Below the pieces are notes generated by a model. It saw nothing but the letters and a program-made list of their open reading frames with translations, had not been told where the DNA came from and searched no databases. Made by a program: the position numbers and the translations under genes. Below, in pieces: positions 40,758 through 53,863 of a stretch of 64,000 nt of DNA. This DNA is from Cycas panzhihuaensis. Lineage: Eukaryota > Plantae > Cycadophyta. Each line of letters starts with the position of its first letter. Position 1 is the stretch's first letter. The stretch lies in assembly GCA_023213395.1 (NCBI GenBank), contig CM041465.1, positions 160,091,741-160,155,740 on the forward strand. Direction: 5' to 3'.

Positions 40758-42479
40758 GATGAAATCCCCTCTCAATACCCTTATCATTCACAAAAACCTA
40801 AGGTTTCATTATTAGTTATCTCCTCTATGTCATACCTAAAATCCCTCTACATTAAAAGAATGCTTAAACAAACACTTATTACTATCCTAATTAATAATGG
40901 TGTGACATTGAACCTTATTTGTATATCCTTATCATGACAACTAAACCTATACATAACACCCAAAACTGGATTCACTTGTTCTCTACCTATACATCTTTCC
41001 ATCCATTATGTAGGAATAATAAAAAATATATAAATTTAAATAGCCACGTACACCCTGATGTTTAATTTCTATGCCCTATTTATAAGTGGGTTTGATGCCA
41101 TCTTTAGGGTCTAGTGGCTCTAAATATTAATCATATATAACATAAATCATTTTACCAATAATCCTTTTATATTATTTAAAGACAACCATTAGTAAACCTA
41201 TGAACTCCATGGGATACAAACTCCCCTTAATAAACTTATTTCCCTTAGTAGAATGCATTGACATTTGAATAGTAGTGTTAGAGACATAGTTTGTATCAAT
41301 GACATTAAAGTGTATACTATAACCAAACCTAAAATCTAAAATTTAATCATTAAATACTAGTCTTCCTTACATCCATCCCTACTATGACCCCTCAAGATTA
41401 TGGATTTTATCACTTAATTAAACTAAAAGAACCAGCATGATCTAATTAGCTTAAGGCCATATCGAACCTCATATTTTTAAAAGGATGAGATTAAAAGAAT
41501 AACCACTAAACTTATGGACATGAGAGTTATTAAGACAAGCAAAAGTCCTTAGACAACCCTAATTATCTTAGTCCAAAAGAAAGATGGCTCATTCTGCCTA
41601 TGTGTAGACTATAACGATCTTAACAAAATTACCATTAAAAATAAGTTCCTAGCAATTGGGATTGATGGTATATTTAATGAGATCCATAGTGCAACCATAT
41701 TTTCTAAACTTAATATTCAATTAGACTATTACCAAATCCCCATTGCCATAGAATATTACCCCAAAATTATATTTTATACACACCATGGTTACTTTGAGTT
41801 CCAAGTCATGTTCTTTGGTATTTGTAATGCCCTAACCATGTTCTAGGCCCTCATAAATAATACATTTACCCCATATTTATATAAATTCATCATTATATTT
41901 TTTAATGATGTCCTTTATTATAGCTTTCAGATGCTCCATTATCTCAAGAATTTATAAAAGATCCTCTAAATCCTTATATAATAAAAACTTTATGACAAAC
42001 TATTAAAGTATAAATTTGATGAGATAGAGCTACAATACCTAGGTCACATAATCTCCACAAAGTGGGTCTGAGTTGACCTTGATAAAATTTATAATATTAT
42101 ATCATGGCCAATACCCAAAAACTTAAAACATCTTTATGCCTTCCTTAGTCTTACAAGATTCTATAGATGATTTGTTTATAGTTATACCTCCATTACTATT
42201 TCACTAACCAACTTGCTTTATAAGTAATCATTTTAGTGGTCCCCAACACTAAAGTACACATTCAACTAACTTAAGTCCATCATAACCTTAACCCTAGTTT
42301 TGCCCACCCTAAAATTTTCACAACCATCTTAGCTTGAATGTGATACCTTAAGATTTATATGAGGTATATTATCATTATAAAAAAATTTCATCTAATTGCT
42401 TTTAAAAGTTGTAAGCTTAAGGACCAAAAGTATGGGTTGTCTACTAACCAAAAGGAGATGAATAAAAAAGGACTAAAAT

Positions 42480-44512
42480 GTATAAGTATTATTCTTTATA
42501 TCAAGAAAGGCATATCAATCATATTTCCACAATCTCCCCAATAGTAAATGGCATGCATCCATTAGGATAACATCACACCATGTCTCATCCTGATATGATT
42601 TTCTAATGCTAAATTTAACCAAGCATCTCCTATAAATAATCACCTCATTTCCTTTTCTGAACCAAGAAATGTGGTATGGATGTGGATGTGCTTTATAACT
42701 TAATCCTAACTTTTCTACCATTTCATTAGAGACCATATTCTCATAACTATAACTATCAATTATAACTTTATATACATTTCCTCCTATAGTACATCTTATT
42801 CTAAAAATATTGGTTTGCAACCATGAATCATCATCTATTTTTGCCTTTCCTTTATCCTTTATGGGTTGTTGCCTTGATGATATTCTACCTCTATATAAAG
42901 ATGATAAACCTCTTCTTATCATAGAGGGGCTTTGAGTAACATGTTTAGTTTGCTTCTCTTCTTCCCTTAATATTAATTAATATGCATCTTCTATGCTTTT
43001 AACATTATGCATGCTAAGTTCATCTTGAATTAAAAATTTTAAACTATTTATGTACCTTATAACAACTTGTTGATTTATCTCCTTATGCTCTACATGAATG
43101 GAAAGTTTATAGAACTCATGTATATAGTCTTGTACTATTATTTCTTTCTACTTTAAGTTATGAAACTTTCTAAAGAAGATTTGAGAATAATCAATTGGTA
43201 GAAACTTCTTTTTCAATTTCTTAACCATTTTAATGCATGTTCTAATCTTTTCTTTACCTTTCTTCACTCTCTCCATTTGTAAATGATCCCATCAAATAGT
43301 GCATATCCTTTTAATTTTGTGTATGCAAAATTTACCTTCTTTTCTTTAGTCATACCTTCCTATTCAAATAATGTCTCCATGGCATTTAGCTAGTCTACTA
43401 GCTCCTCTTATTTTAAACTCCCTTGGTAGTCTGGAATATCAATCTTGATTCCATCTCTCTTATCTTCAAGTGATTCTAAGAATATTTCTTCCATTATTTA
43501 TGGTTCTTATAGCTCACCATCTTTTAATCTTGTACCATCATTACTTAATGCCTCTTCTTTATTAGTATTTTCTTCACATTTTTATCTTAATACTATAGTA
43601 GCAAGTTACCCCATTCTTCTCTATAGCTCTTACAAGTTTCTGTTCATTTTAGAATAGTTTATTCTTCCTCCTTTTCTTGCCATTTTTTATTTCTCTTCTC
43701 TTTACCTTACCACTTTGGGTTCTAAAGCTTCTCTTATAAGCTTTCTATAAGGCTTCTAAACCCCAGTGAGAACTTCCTTACCCTTTTAATTAGAATACTT
43801 TATAATCTATGTAGTTTCTTAAATAAATATCTACTACAACATCTCAAACTTTTATGGTTTCTTCCTTTAACCATATAGTTAAACCATGCTCTAATACTAG
43901 ATGATGAGGATGGCCTATAAGGAAAACATTCAATCTTACATGCATAAACTTAAAGTAAGAAAATACCAAAGAATAAAGAGAGATGTTTTACTTCTAAATC
44001 TATTCCATTTAATTCAATTTACCAAAAGACAATCTAAAATTATATTTATATAAGTGAAAGTAGGAAGTCCAAAAACTTCTAACCCAAACCTTAAAAACTC
44101 CTTAATTACTTAAAATAATAAATAAAAACCACATTTTTAAGTTAAGTTCTACTAAGAAAAATTAGGCCACTAAGGGTTATTATATAAAATTAAAAGCTAG
44201 TCTAAAATTAACTATTATTTTTAGGTCTACAAAATAAATCTTAACTTTTAGGCATTTTTGGAATATTTTTTGGCTAAAAAACTATAGGTCTGAGATAGGG
44301 TCTTCAACCCATTCATAGGCCATTTTCACTTGTTGTGCTTAGATAGACATTCATTTTAGCATAGAAATGTTGAATTCTAACCACTAAGTAAAAAGTTATA
44401 CTTCAATTAATAGAACCTAAAATTTAGAGAAAAATGAGTATAAGATGAAAAGTGGTTTAAGTCATTATGAAGGTCTATATGCTTCCATATTAAATATCCT
44501 TATTGCTCATCA
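42480..44512 (-). mobile_element. CRM-like Gypsy 5' fragment: LTR, PBS and gag-protease
   Basis: ORF 42515-42922 reads IFRIRCTIGG..VIIDSYSYENMVS..HPHPYHISW..WCDVILMDACHLLLGR. PBS at 43888-43899. LTR 43902-44512 is bounded by the inverted termini TGATGAG...CTCATCA. Confidence 0.87.
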
Positions 44513-44544
44513 TAGATTTAGAGTTTTCAACCAAAGTTTTATTT

Positions 44545-47500
44545 TGTTAGGAAACATAAATATATAAATAGGATTAAGAATCATTTATGAATATAATAAA
44601 CTTGAAAAGAATCAATACATGGCACAAATAGATTTAACATAGGAACTTGGTTGGGAAAAACCCACCACAAAAATATTATTATCATATTTTTATAAATCTA
44701 TCATATTATATTGCAATGGACTTTGATCTATATTTATAGGTCATAAGTGCCTCTAATAATAATAATAATAATTAAATTTATATTTGTCAACCTAATATAA
44801 TAGATCAGCATTATCCATATAATATATCTATATTAATATTAGTTGGTAAGTGACATAAAGTCACTCTAACATCCCCTCTTAATGTAAATGTGGGGTCTTA
44901 AAGTCTTCTTAGACATTTATCTATCTTTATCCTTATTGATAGATTCTCTCTCAAGGATAACCTCATTGAACCCTAAATTTGCACAAATATTGATATAGCA
45001 ATCTTTAGTAAAAGCTTGGTGAACACATTCTTAAGTTGATTTTCACTTAGATAAAACTCAACCTATATCTTCCCTGATCTAATTTTCTCTCAAATGTAAT
45101 GGTTCTATGTGTCTTATGTGTATGATTCTTTTGAAATATCTCCAATAGTCCTTAAAACCATATAACTCTTTTACCTTGATACTTAGTCCATGAAACTCAT
45201 CTTATTTCCTTAACTAAACTAAGAAGTTGAGCCAATTGAACTATGTGAATCTCCTCTTTTGTTAAGGAATGCTGACATGATGTGACTCCTAATTATATCT
45301 AGCTACTAAAGTAAGGATTAATTAGACTATAAATAACATAGAGACTGGTGCAACTATCTTTTCATACCTGATTCTTTCTTCTTACTTGAAATCTTATATA
45401 ATAAGCTTTACCGACTTGAAAATCAACTAGGTTTTTTGAGGGAGTTAAGGGACCCAAATCCCATATAAATCACCCCTCCATAATTGTAGCTTTCCATTAT
45501 GAATATCGACTCATTAGAATCATTGGTGTCTATCACAAGTTTAGTTGGCATGTTGATCCTCATTCTTTAATCATCCTTTAGGTCTTCAACTGTTACACTG
45601 GAGTCCTTAATAGTCCTCCTAGCTTACAATGAAACACGAGGTTATAATCCATGCCTATTCTTATAATGACTTCTCATCATCACTCCCACTATGTCCTACT
45701 TCAATCTTAAATATAATGTTAGGAAATCAAACCTCTACACCTACTAAACCATGACTTAGAAAGAGAAGAAATAAAGGATAAAACCTATGTTTAGATGACA
45801 CCTCAGTATGATACATTATTAACTCTTCAACTTGATATCTGGACTAATGATAATGCTTTTCTCTGTAAATCATATAGTTTATAAGCTTTGTTTTAAACCC
45901 CATACAAATATACTTCAAATTCCTATAATTCTACTGCTATAATCTTCATCTAAGATGCATGCGCTCTAATGCACCTCAAATACATAATGGAAGCCTTTTG
46001 ACTAATCCAATACAATCTATGGAATATGCCATAAGCAACCTCAATAGGTACCTATTAAATAGTTATCACGATAACTTCTTCTATAAAACATGGAAGGCAA
46101 ACTTGTTTAATGCATTAAACACCTCCACATCTATATCATGGCACTATACTTCATTTGCAACATAATCTTACATGGGGTACATAGGACAACCACTCTCATT
46201 TATACCATGATAAAGGTAGAATTGATTTTAAAGTATCTCATTATAGACCTTTCTATTTATACTTTAATTTCATCATAACCATATAATTAAATCTATATTG
46301 GACCTAATCAAATATGTAAATATGTTGAACCGATAACTAATAAGCTATAAACCCTCAAACTAACATCAGTTCAACCATCTAAAGTATAATAGTCCACCAA
46401 CATTGATAACCATTTATACAAGCAAACTAATAAATAGAAATTCTAAACTCTTCGTCTCATACATATATGATGTAAAAAATCTTGATATAACTAAATAAAA
46501 CACCATTATATAGTGAATAAACCATATCTTTGAATAATATGTAGAATGATTTAGACCACTTCAATAAAGTTTGCTTTGCCTTATAGCGTAATATCATAAT
46601 AAAACTCACCCATTCTTACCCTCTTATCAATTAGCGATAATTCATTACCTTAATACCTCACCCATTATACTCTCTCATGTAAATACATGCTAGAAGAGCA
46701 TATAGTCACCTCATATTGCCAAATAGTCACCAATTAAGGGTGCCCAATATACTTACTTTGCCACATCTTAATGTCATCTCATATAACCATTCAAATTACC
46801 ATGACACATCACATAAAAACATGTATAATTCGTTTACTTTGACCTTATACCACTCTACTCAAATGCTAAAAAACAACGACTTGAAAATGTCATATCAAAA
46901 ACATAACTCAAGGGACAAGCTATTAATATTATCAAATAAGACTTTGATATATCCCAACAGGCATTAAAACATCTTCGATAAGATTAATACGGCTTTGAGA
47001 ATCAAAGTGCACCAAAATATTTTATAAAATAAAGGTGATCTTCTTTAATCAAAAGTGAGTGTAATAACTTTGATAAATATCAAATATCATTATGCAAGAT
47101 AAGTGACTTTATTGAAATAATATTTAATGTCAAATATGAAATATATCAAAATGGTGAAATGATATCATAAGGGTAACTTTGATTATTATCAAATGTCATT
47201 TAATATATGAAATAGTGGTGCAACTTTATAATATATACAAATATGAATTAATAAATATCAAAATAGATGATTAATATTAAAACTAATGATAATTAAATAA
47301 AGCATAAATCAAATTGTTGAGCATATAACTATACATAAATTAAGTTAGTGATTGATTAACTCATATCATTTGTGATAATATTTTAGTGACAATAAAATAA
47401 TATATAGGTGATATCAATATATTGTAGTAATTAATTATCAAAATAATTTAACATGATGTAACGCAACTACGTTAAATTATATGGATGAGGTAATATAATC

Positions 47501-48433
47501 CACGATAATTAATAATATATCATCATGCATTTAACCTAATAGTGAATAAAATATATTATCAATGACAAGCAATAAAATAATATTTTAATGTGGGAAATAA
47601 AATTTAGAGAATACCTTATTATTCACCATAAATAATCTGCGATGACCTACAATCATACCTCCATAGAGTGATGTCTCTTTGGTTAGCTCATCTTTGTGTG
47701 TATTCTCCATAGATTGTAATCTTCATATGGATCTTTTCTACTTTTAAGCTTTAAAACATAATCACCATGGCTCACAAGGGTAGATCTAGCATTAATAGTG
47801 GTACCAGGGGCTATAATAAGCTCATTAATAGCTTGTAAAGTATATGGTTTCACTACAGGAGGCACCAACACTTGTATAAACCAAAGTAATACCTTTCACT
47901 TATCTACACACCTTTACAAACTATAGAATCCTTGTAAAATAGAAAATAGAAGGCTATGAGATCTACACATGACCATCACACCTTTGTGGTTATTATTTTA
48001 GTTGTTAGATAAGTCGATCCTCAAAGGGTAAGCCAACATGACCTGGCAACTAATAATCGAATGATCTACCTAACATACACCTAATCGTGCACCTCCTCAT
48101 ACTTTAATACAATGTTAGGAAACATAAATATATAAATAGTATTTAAAATTATTTATGAACACAATAGACTCAAATAGAATTAGCACAGAGGATAGATAGA
48201 TTTGACATGGGAACCTATTTAGGAAAAATCCACCACAAAAATATTATTATCATACTTTTACAAATCTATTATATTACATTATAATGGATATTGATTTATA
48301 TTTATAGATCATAAGTGCCCCAAATAATAATATTCAGATTTATATTTGTCAACCTAATATAATACATCTATATTATTCACATAATATATCCATATTAACA
48401 TTAGTTTGTAAATGATATAAGGTCACTCTAACT
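44545..48433 (-). mobile_element. Internally deleted, decayed Copia element inserted into the integrase of another Copia
   Basis: LTRs 44545-44871 and 48113-48433. Degenerate PBS at 48101-48112. PPT at 44872-44880. RNase H end (NVFTKAF) near 45010 and integrase remnants at 45900-46250; no RT motifs seen. TSD TATTT/AATTC; its removal restores host RKMNKTLVE. Confidence 0.85.
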
Positions 48434-49432
48434 AATTCATCTTCCTAATAATTCTATTATGATAAGATATATAGGGTATAGTAAACTACCTTTAAATTCC
48501 ATAATCCTTATAGAATTGATTGAATCCATTCTAAGTATACTCTCCACCATTATTAGTTAGAAGAACCTTAATCTTATATCAACCTTCATTCTCTAATAAT
48601 TTCTTAAATTATTTGAACTAAGTAAATACTTAGATTTTTCCCTTATTAAAAAGACCCATATTTTCCATAAATAACTATCAGTGAAAGTGATGAAATATCT
48701 CACTCTACTAAGTAAGACAATAGGCACTAGTCCATAAATATATGAGTAAACTAATCCTATTTTTTCTTTATCTCTCTATGCTTTCATTTTTAGAAATGAT
48801 TCTTTATGTTATTTTTTTTAAAGTATAGGATTTACACAAATAACTTTTATTATTTCTCATAGGAAGACCATGCATTATTTTTAACTTATGCATCAATTAA
48901 AGATTGGCGTAGTTCAAATGACTCATTTGTTTATGCCATAACTTTTGTTTTGGAGATATAATAAGGAATGATCTTTGTACTCTAAAGTGTCCTTATAGTT
49001 TATATAAATTATCTTGTCTAAGCCCTTTAGCTATAACATTATTTTATTTGTCTTAGATTATGCACTATCCTTAAGCAAATTGAATAGTCATATCTTGTTA
49101 TTTAATTTTACCAACTATAATATCTTTAAATTTGTTACATATAAAATATTATCTAAATATTCTCATTCATTATTTGGTATAATGAATGGTACCTTTCCAA
49201 CTCTAGTGGCCTCCAAATTAGTGTCATTCCTAATGGTGACCTTTTGATTCACCTCCCAAATATAAAAGAACCATTTCAACCTTCTAGTCATGTATCTTAA
49301 TTTACCATAATTAATAAACTAGATATCTTATATGTCAAAACCTATTTCATATGTTGCAATAAATAATTATTTTATAATCTTAGTAAGTGTGTCCTCTATT
49401 GTATATATAACATGTCTATATTATCCTAGTAA

Positions 49433-49487
<55 letters not shown>

Positions 49488-50328
49488 TTTTTCTATTGAG
49501 GTTGTTATTAAGGCTATTGTGGATGTTGTTATTAATGTCATTCTTAACAATCATTTTTTATGTGTCCTAACTTCCTACAAGGATAACATTTTGGTATATA
49601 TTATCCCTTTTAAGCTCCTAGTCCATCCTTTTAAACCATAAGTTTAGGAGGTATATTCTTCTTTAGAATATAGGGATTCCTTCCTTTTAATCTAGATGGT
49701 AGTGCTCTAGATGATTCATCATGTATATGCTTTAATTTCTACTCACATTCCATAAGTAATGATTCTAAAGAACTAATATCCAACATCAATAATTTATTAG
49801 ATAATATCAATGTGATGGAGAAGTTCTTATGCTAGAGTGATAAACTTCTTAGTATATAGCCTATGATCTCTAAATCAATTGCTAATATTTGGTCATGAAT
49901 CAACCTTATATTTCTATATAATCAATCATGTTGCTTATCATTTATAAACTATTTAGTTGACTCTATAGATTCATGGTTCTTATGTCATCCTTATATTTAT
50001 GTAGGTTCTTCACTATATCCCATATCTACTTTGGTGTAGTAGCACCCTTAATGTGCAAAATAATGATATCTTTATTGTACATGCTGAGAAAACCAAATGG
50101 TATTCATATTTTTTATTGGTATTAAATATTAAAGTTAGAATCAATATTTAATTTTGTTTGGAAAGTAGCAATTTCAACTATAATTTTTTCAATTATAGAA
50201 TTATCCATATACTTCTAAAGATCATTCAAATGAAATAAATTTAACATATGATACTTCTAAATAATATAATTATTAAGACATAATAACTTTTTAGTAATTG
50301 TAACTATTATGCTTCCTCCACTAGCCAT
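48434..50328 (-). pseudogene. Copia gag-PR-INT fragment (host of the 44545-48433 element; element A sits in its presumed leader)
   Basis: Starts MASGGS at 50328. Integrase reads GLVYSYIYG.VP...RYFITFTDSY..KIWVFL. Continues at 44513-44544 as KTLVENSKSM. Confidence 0.8.
49435..49486. repeat. (TAT)n microsatellite
   Basis: Direct inspection. Confidence 0.95.
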
Positions 50329-51029
50329 TTTGAGTAAAAAATATGTAAAATAATTAGAAAGAAATTAAATAAATACAAAAATAAAGTATAAAAATATAAA
50401 AGTAATCAATATACATGCAAGTAGCTAGATAGTTGATATTTTACTTCCTTAGTCTATTTTTAAGTAGCTAGAATAAGTTTTATTGGAGTTAATCATCATC
50501 ACTCCACTCCCACCTTTCCAACCAGGATTGTACACCTCATCAACCTTTAATTTAGACATGTGATACTCAACATGTCGAGGTAAGTTAAGGTAACTTTAAC
50601 TTTGAGTTAAGTTAGTTTCATTTGAGTTAAGTTAACATTATTTTATTATTATTTTAAATTCAGGAGTTGAGGAGTTTCACTCCTCCCCCAAATTATAAAT
50701 ATTGAGGGGTGTGCAACCCTAGTGTCTTTAGACACTACCCTCATTTGGGAAATTTATAATGCTCACTTCTCACAATGGATTGAATACAATGCTTTCATGT
50801 GTTTGTGCTATCATGCTACATTGATCTATTGATGATTTATGATTTGTATTGATCTATTGAAGATTATTCTATGTTCTGCCCTATTCTCCTATAAAAATAT
50901 TTTTCTAACATTTGGTATCAAAGCAGGCGATTGTTGATCTGTGAAGTTTTTTAAAAAAGTAAGAAGATTTTGAGACAGATTTACTCAAGGAAGCAAAATA
51001 CTAGTTATACTTATTTTTTGCATAAAAAT

Positions 51030-51780
51030 TTCAGCGATTTTCATATATTTTTCAGCAGATTTGCTTATTATTAAGATATATTTATGCTATAACAAGTATA
51101 TTTCAGATTTTTTCACAGATTTGTGTAGATTTATGAAGGATTTCAGTAGCAAGCCATATTTGCTCAAGTCCTTTTCTCAGATTTGAGTCATATTTCTTCA
51201 GTTCTACACATTTTATCTTATATTTCATCATTATTTCAGTAGCAAGTTATATATATTTAAATTTTTTCTTATATTTAAGTTATTCCTCTTCAGATCTATA
51301 GTTTTATCATATATTTGACAGTTTACAAGTAATTTTGTTGTCTACTTATTTGATATTTTTCGCAGATCTACAAAGAATATCAGTTGCATGCAAGCTTCAT
51401 ACTATTTTTTCTTCAAGATCTGTAATTTTACTTTAAGATCTACCATATTTTTCTTAGATCTGGAATATTTTACTTAGATCTACTTGTTTCATGAAGTATT
51501 ACAACATTTTCTAGTATAGTTATTTTAGATCTGTAACATTTACTTTATATCTGCCATAGTTTTTTTTAGATCTATTATATATTTTTCTAGATCTACTTAT
51601 TTTAATATTTTCTGGTATATTTATTACAGATCTACAACATTTAGTTTAGATCTGTTATATTTCATTTCAGATCTATATTTTTTCATCATATATTTGACCA
51701 TATTTTTAAGTCTTTTCACAGATCTGTAATTTTTGGGGCATATTCAGCCTTCTAGAGAAGCATATACAACAGATCTCATT
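51030..51780. repeat. Degenerate short tandem array built on AGATCT/AGATTT cores
   Basis: More than 15 irregularly spaced (T/C)AGATCT or AGATTT motifs downstream of the PBS of element A. Confidence 0.7.
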
Positions 51781-52141
51781 TCTACAAGCCAGCACTGTAA
51801 ACTAATTTACTAGGTTCTTCATGTGTTTTTTAAAATATAAATATATACATATATTTTATTTTGATGTATTTTTGTGGATATACTTAAAAATCTAGTTATT
51901 TTTATGGATATATTAAAAAATTTGGTTTGTTTAATACATTTGAGTAAGCAGGGTGAACATATATCTCATTTTATTTAGTTACAATTATATAGATATATTT
52001 CTTATTTATTTGTTATTACTTCCTTAATATATTTATAAGCTTTGGAATCATCTACTCTATTTATGCCCTCTTTGCATTCTCCGTTTGTGTGGTCTTCCAT
52101 TCGTGGCATCCCTTTATCCACGTAATCTTCTGTGTTAACTT

Positions 52142-52292
52142 GTTATGCTTACTTGCATACCTCTAATTCCTCAGTAACTTCGGGTCCATCCCTTTCATGG
52201 ATGTATATCAATGTTTTTTTTGGCATTTTGATGCCATTCTTGTGAGCCTTGTATGATTGATTATGTGTCGTGTAATACTGAGACTTTGCCAT
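52142..52292 (-). pseudogene. RPL29: Captured 60S ribosomal protein L29 coding sequence (near complete), antisense to element A
   Basis: [48 protein letters not shown], compared with the plant RPL29 pattern [24 protein letters not shown]...GMDPKFLRNQRYARKHN. One frameshift in an A-run and two stops. Confidence 0.93.
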
Positions 52293-52450
52293 CTCCCTGT
52301 CTCCACCGTTATAAATTCGTTATTTGAGATCTTTATGTGAAGAAGTTCAGGTTCCGTTGGATATTTTAAGCTTAACAAGTGGGTTCTTGAGCACCAAAGA
52401 TTTGACCTTTGGTCATCTCTATGTACTTGGGATGGTAATTATCAATTTGG

Positions 52451-52624
52451 AGTCTTGGAACTGTCTGCTTTATATTGCTCAATATACAACCGAATAGTTA
52501 CACCTTCGAATCCTATTCCAGAAAGTTAAAACGCCAATCAAGACCCATCTTCAAAAGGATAGTGTATACCTTAGTGTTTTGAAATAGATCCATCAATAGG
52601 ATCTGTACATTCAAACTCATCATC
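52451..52624 (-). pseudogene. PGM: Captured cytosolic phosphoglucomutase C-terminal fragment, antisense to element A
   Basis: [55 protein letters not shown], compared with [58 protein letters not shown]. Confidence 0.93.
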
Positions 52625-52877
52625 TTCTCCACTGTATTTCTTTATGTTAATAGAGCTGAGAGCCATCGTATTTCTTTGTTCTTTATTCTTTATTCTTCAT
52701 CTATTTCCAAAATTACTTGGCGCTAACCTCCTTAGTCTGCATATTTGCGGTACAACATATTAGTCTATGTTGAAGTAATTGATGGTGGTACAGTTTTTTT
52801 CTTTTATAAATTTTGGAGCTCTCTGTTCCTTGAGGGAGGTGATTTATTTAATTGATCATGGCTATTATTTGTATGCA

Positions 52878-53300
52878 ATGTTCCATAGCCTTCTATAGTG
52901 ATTTCTCATCATTTTTGGGTACTTGATGATAGCCATCGATGGTTACTACATGGGCATTTTTCTGATGTATGTCACATCTTAAATCCACATCCTTGTAAGG
53001 GTAATCCTCTTCATTGTCGATCCTGCCATTGTTCACGATGAACTAAAAAGCATAGTCCATTAGACCATCATCGTATCCTTCATTATACTTAGTATCACAA
53101 CTCACCAGCTCTTGCTTGGAAAGACTGATCAAATCCTTCGTCATAATTTGATTTATTCCCATCAACAATCGCTACAACTGAGAATGCTCAGCAGCTCCCG
53201 TAAGAGCCCTGATCCTTGACCTTGACTATTGCTCCTTTGTTCCTCCAATCCACAAACTCGGGCAACTGATCTCCTTATTTAAATAGAAATTTGGTGCTCG
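52878..53300 (-). pseudogene. Captured papain-family (C1A, RD21-like) cysteine protease fragment, antisense to element A
   Basis: [31 protein letters not shown]...[90 protein letters not shown]. Includes the catalytic QGSCGSCW region and has no intron. Confidence 0.95.
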
Positions 53301-53476
53301 ATCCATTTAGGAACAAAGAATTCTCTCTTTCATGTGCTTATGCCTGACGATGTTTGAGTTTCTTGGCCCTTCCCATGCTATTGTAGATGACTGCACGACC
53401 ACCATCTGAAAGGAGGGCTAATAAGAGGCAGCAATAGAAGTTTTTTATACTCTAATCTCAAACTCAGACTAGGAAC

Positions 53477-53539
53477 AAAAGGCTAGCATCTGCTCATATC
53501 TGCACTTCTAACTTTAGTGACATACTCACGAATCGAGAA
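53477..53539 (-). pseudogene. Captured fragment with the N-terminal FSIR..WPF motif of EMF1/EMF1-like proteins, antisense to element A
   Basis: FSIREYVTKVRSADMSRC*PF matches the FSIRxYxxxxRxxDxxxCWPF motif. The match is short. Confidence 0.65.
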
Positions 53540-53692
53540 ACTTTCACTGGTGAAATATAGACACTCGGTCTGAGAAGACATCAGCATATTTTTGACAGAA
53601 ATCAATATCTGCTTCAAGATTACATAAAGTTGTAGCCATAGATTATGTTCCCTATCTTATAACCACTGAAGAATGTTGTATTCTATATGAGT

Positions 53693-53863
53693 TAGATCTG
53701 CCAAGCTGCTATTAATTAGTTGTCAATATCGAAGTCTTTATCTTCTAACACCAACTGCACCTGCTGTTACTAGTACAACTTCAAAGCTAGCTGATATTAT
53801 TTCTTTCACCTTCTCATAAAGGGAGGTAAGACGACCCAGTGCAAGCCATCCATTAGCTCTGGT
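53693..53863 (-). pseudogene. P5CS: Captured delta-1-pyrroline-5-carboxylate synthase N-terminal fragment, antisense to element A
   Basis: TRANGWLALGRLTSLYEKVKEIISASFEVVLVTAGAVGVRR*RLRY*QLINSSLADL, compared with [57 protein letters not shown]. Confidence 0.92.

Larger units (their letters stand above)
30620..42465 (+). mobile_element. Decayed Gypsy chromovirus (Reina-like) gag-PR-RT-RH, split by two later insertions and 3' truncated
   Basis: Gag QYFALN...HLEGKDHHWF...FFGQLTWLK (about 30940-31450); zinc-knuckle tail SEKWTLGH..CK (35480-35530); protease ILINNGVT.NLI (about 40885); RT RPYR...LVQKKDGSFCLCVDY.DLNKITI..YLGH (41450-42060); RNase H start LECD (about 42335). Confidence 0.85.
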
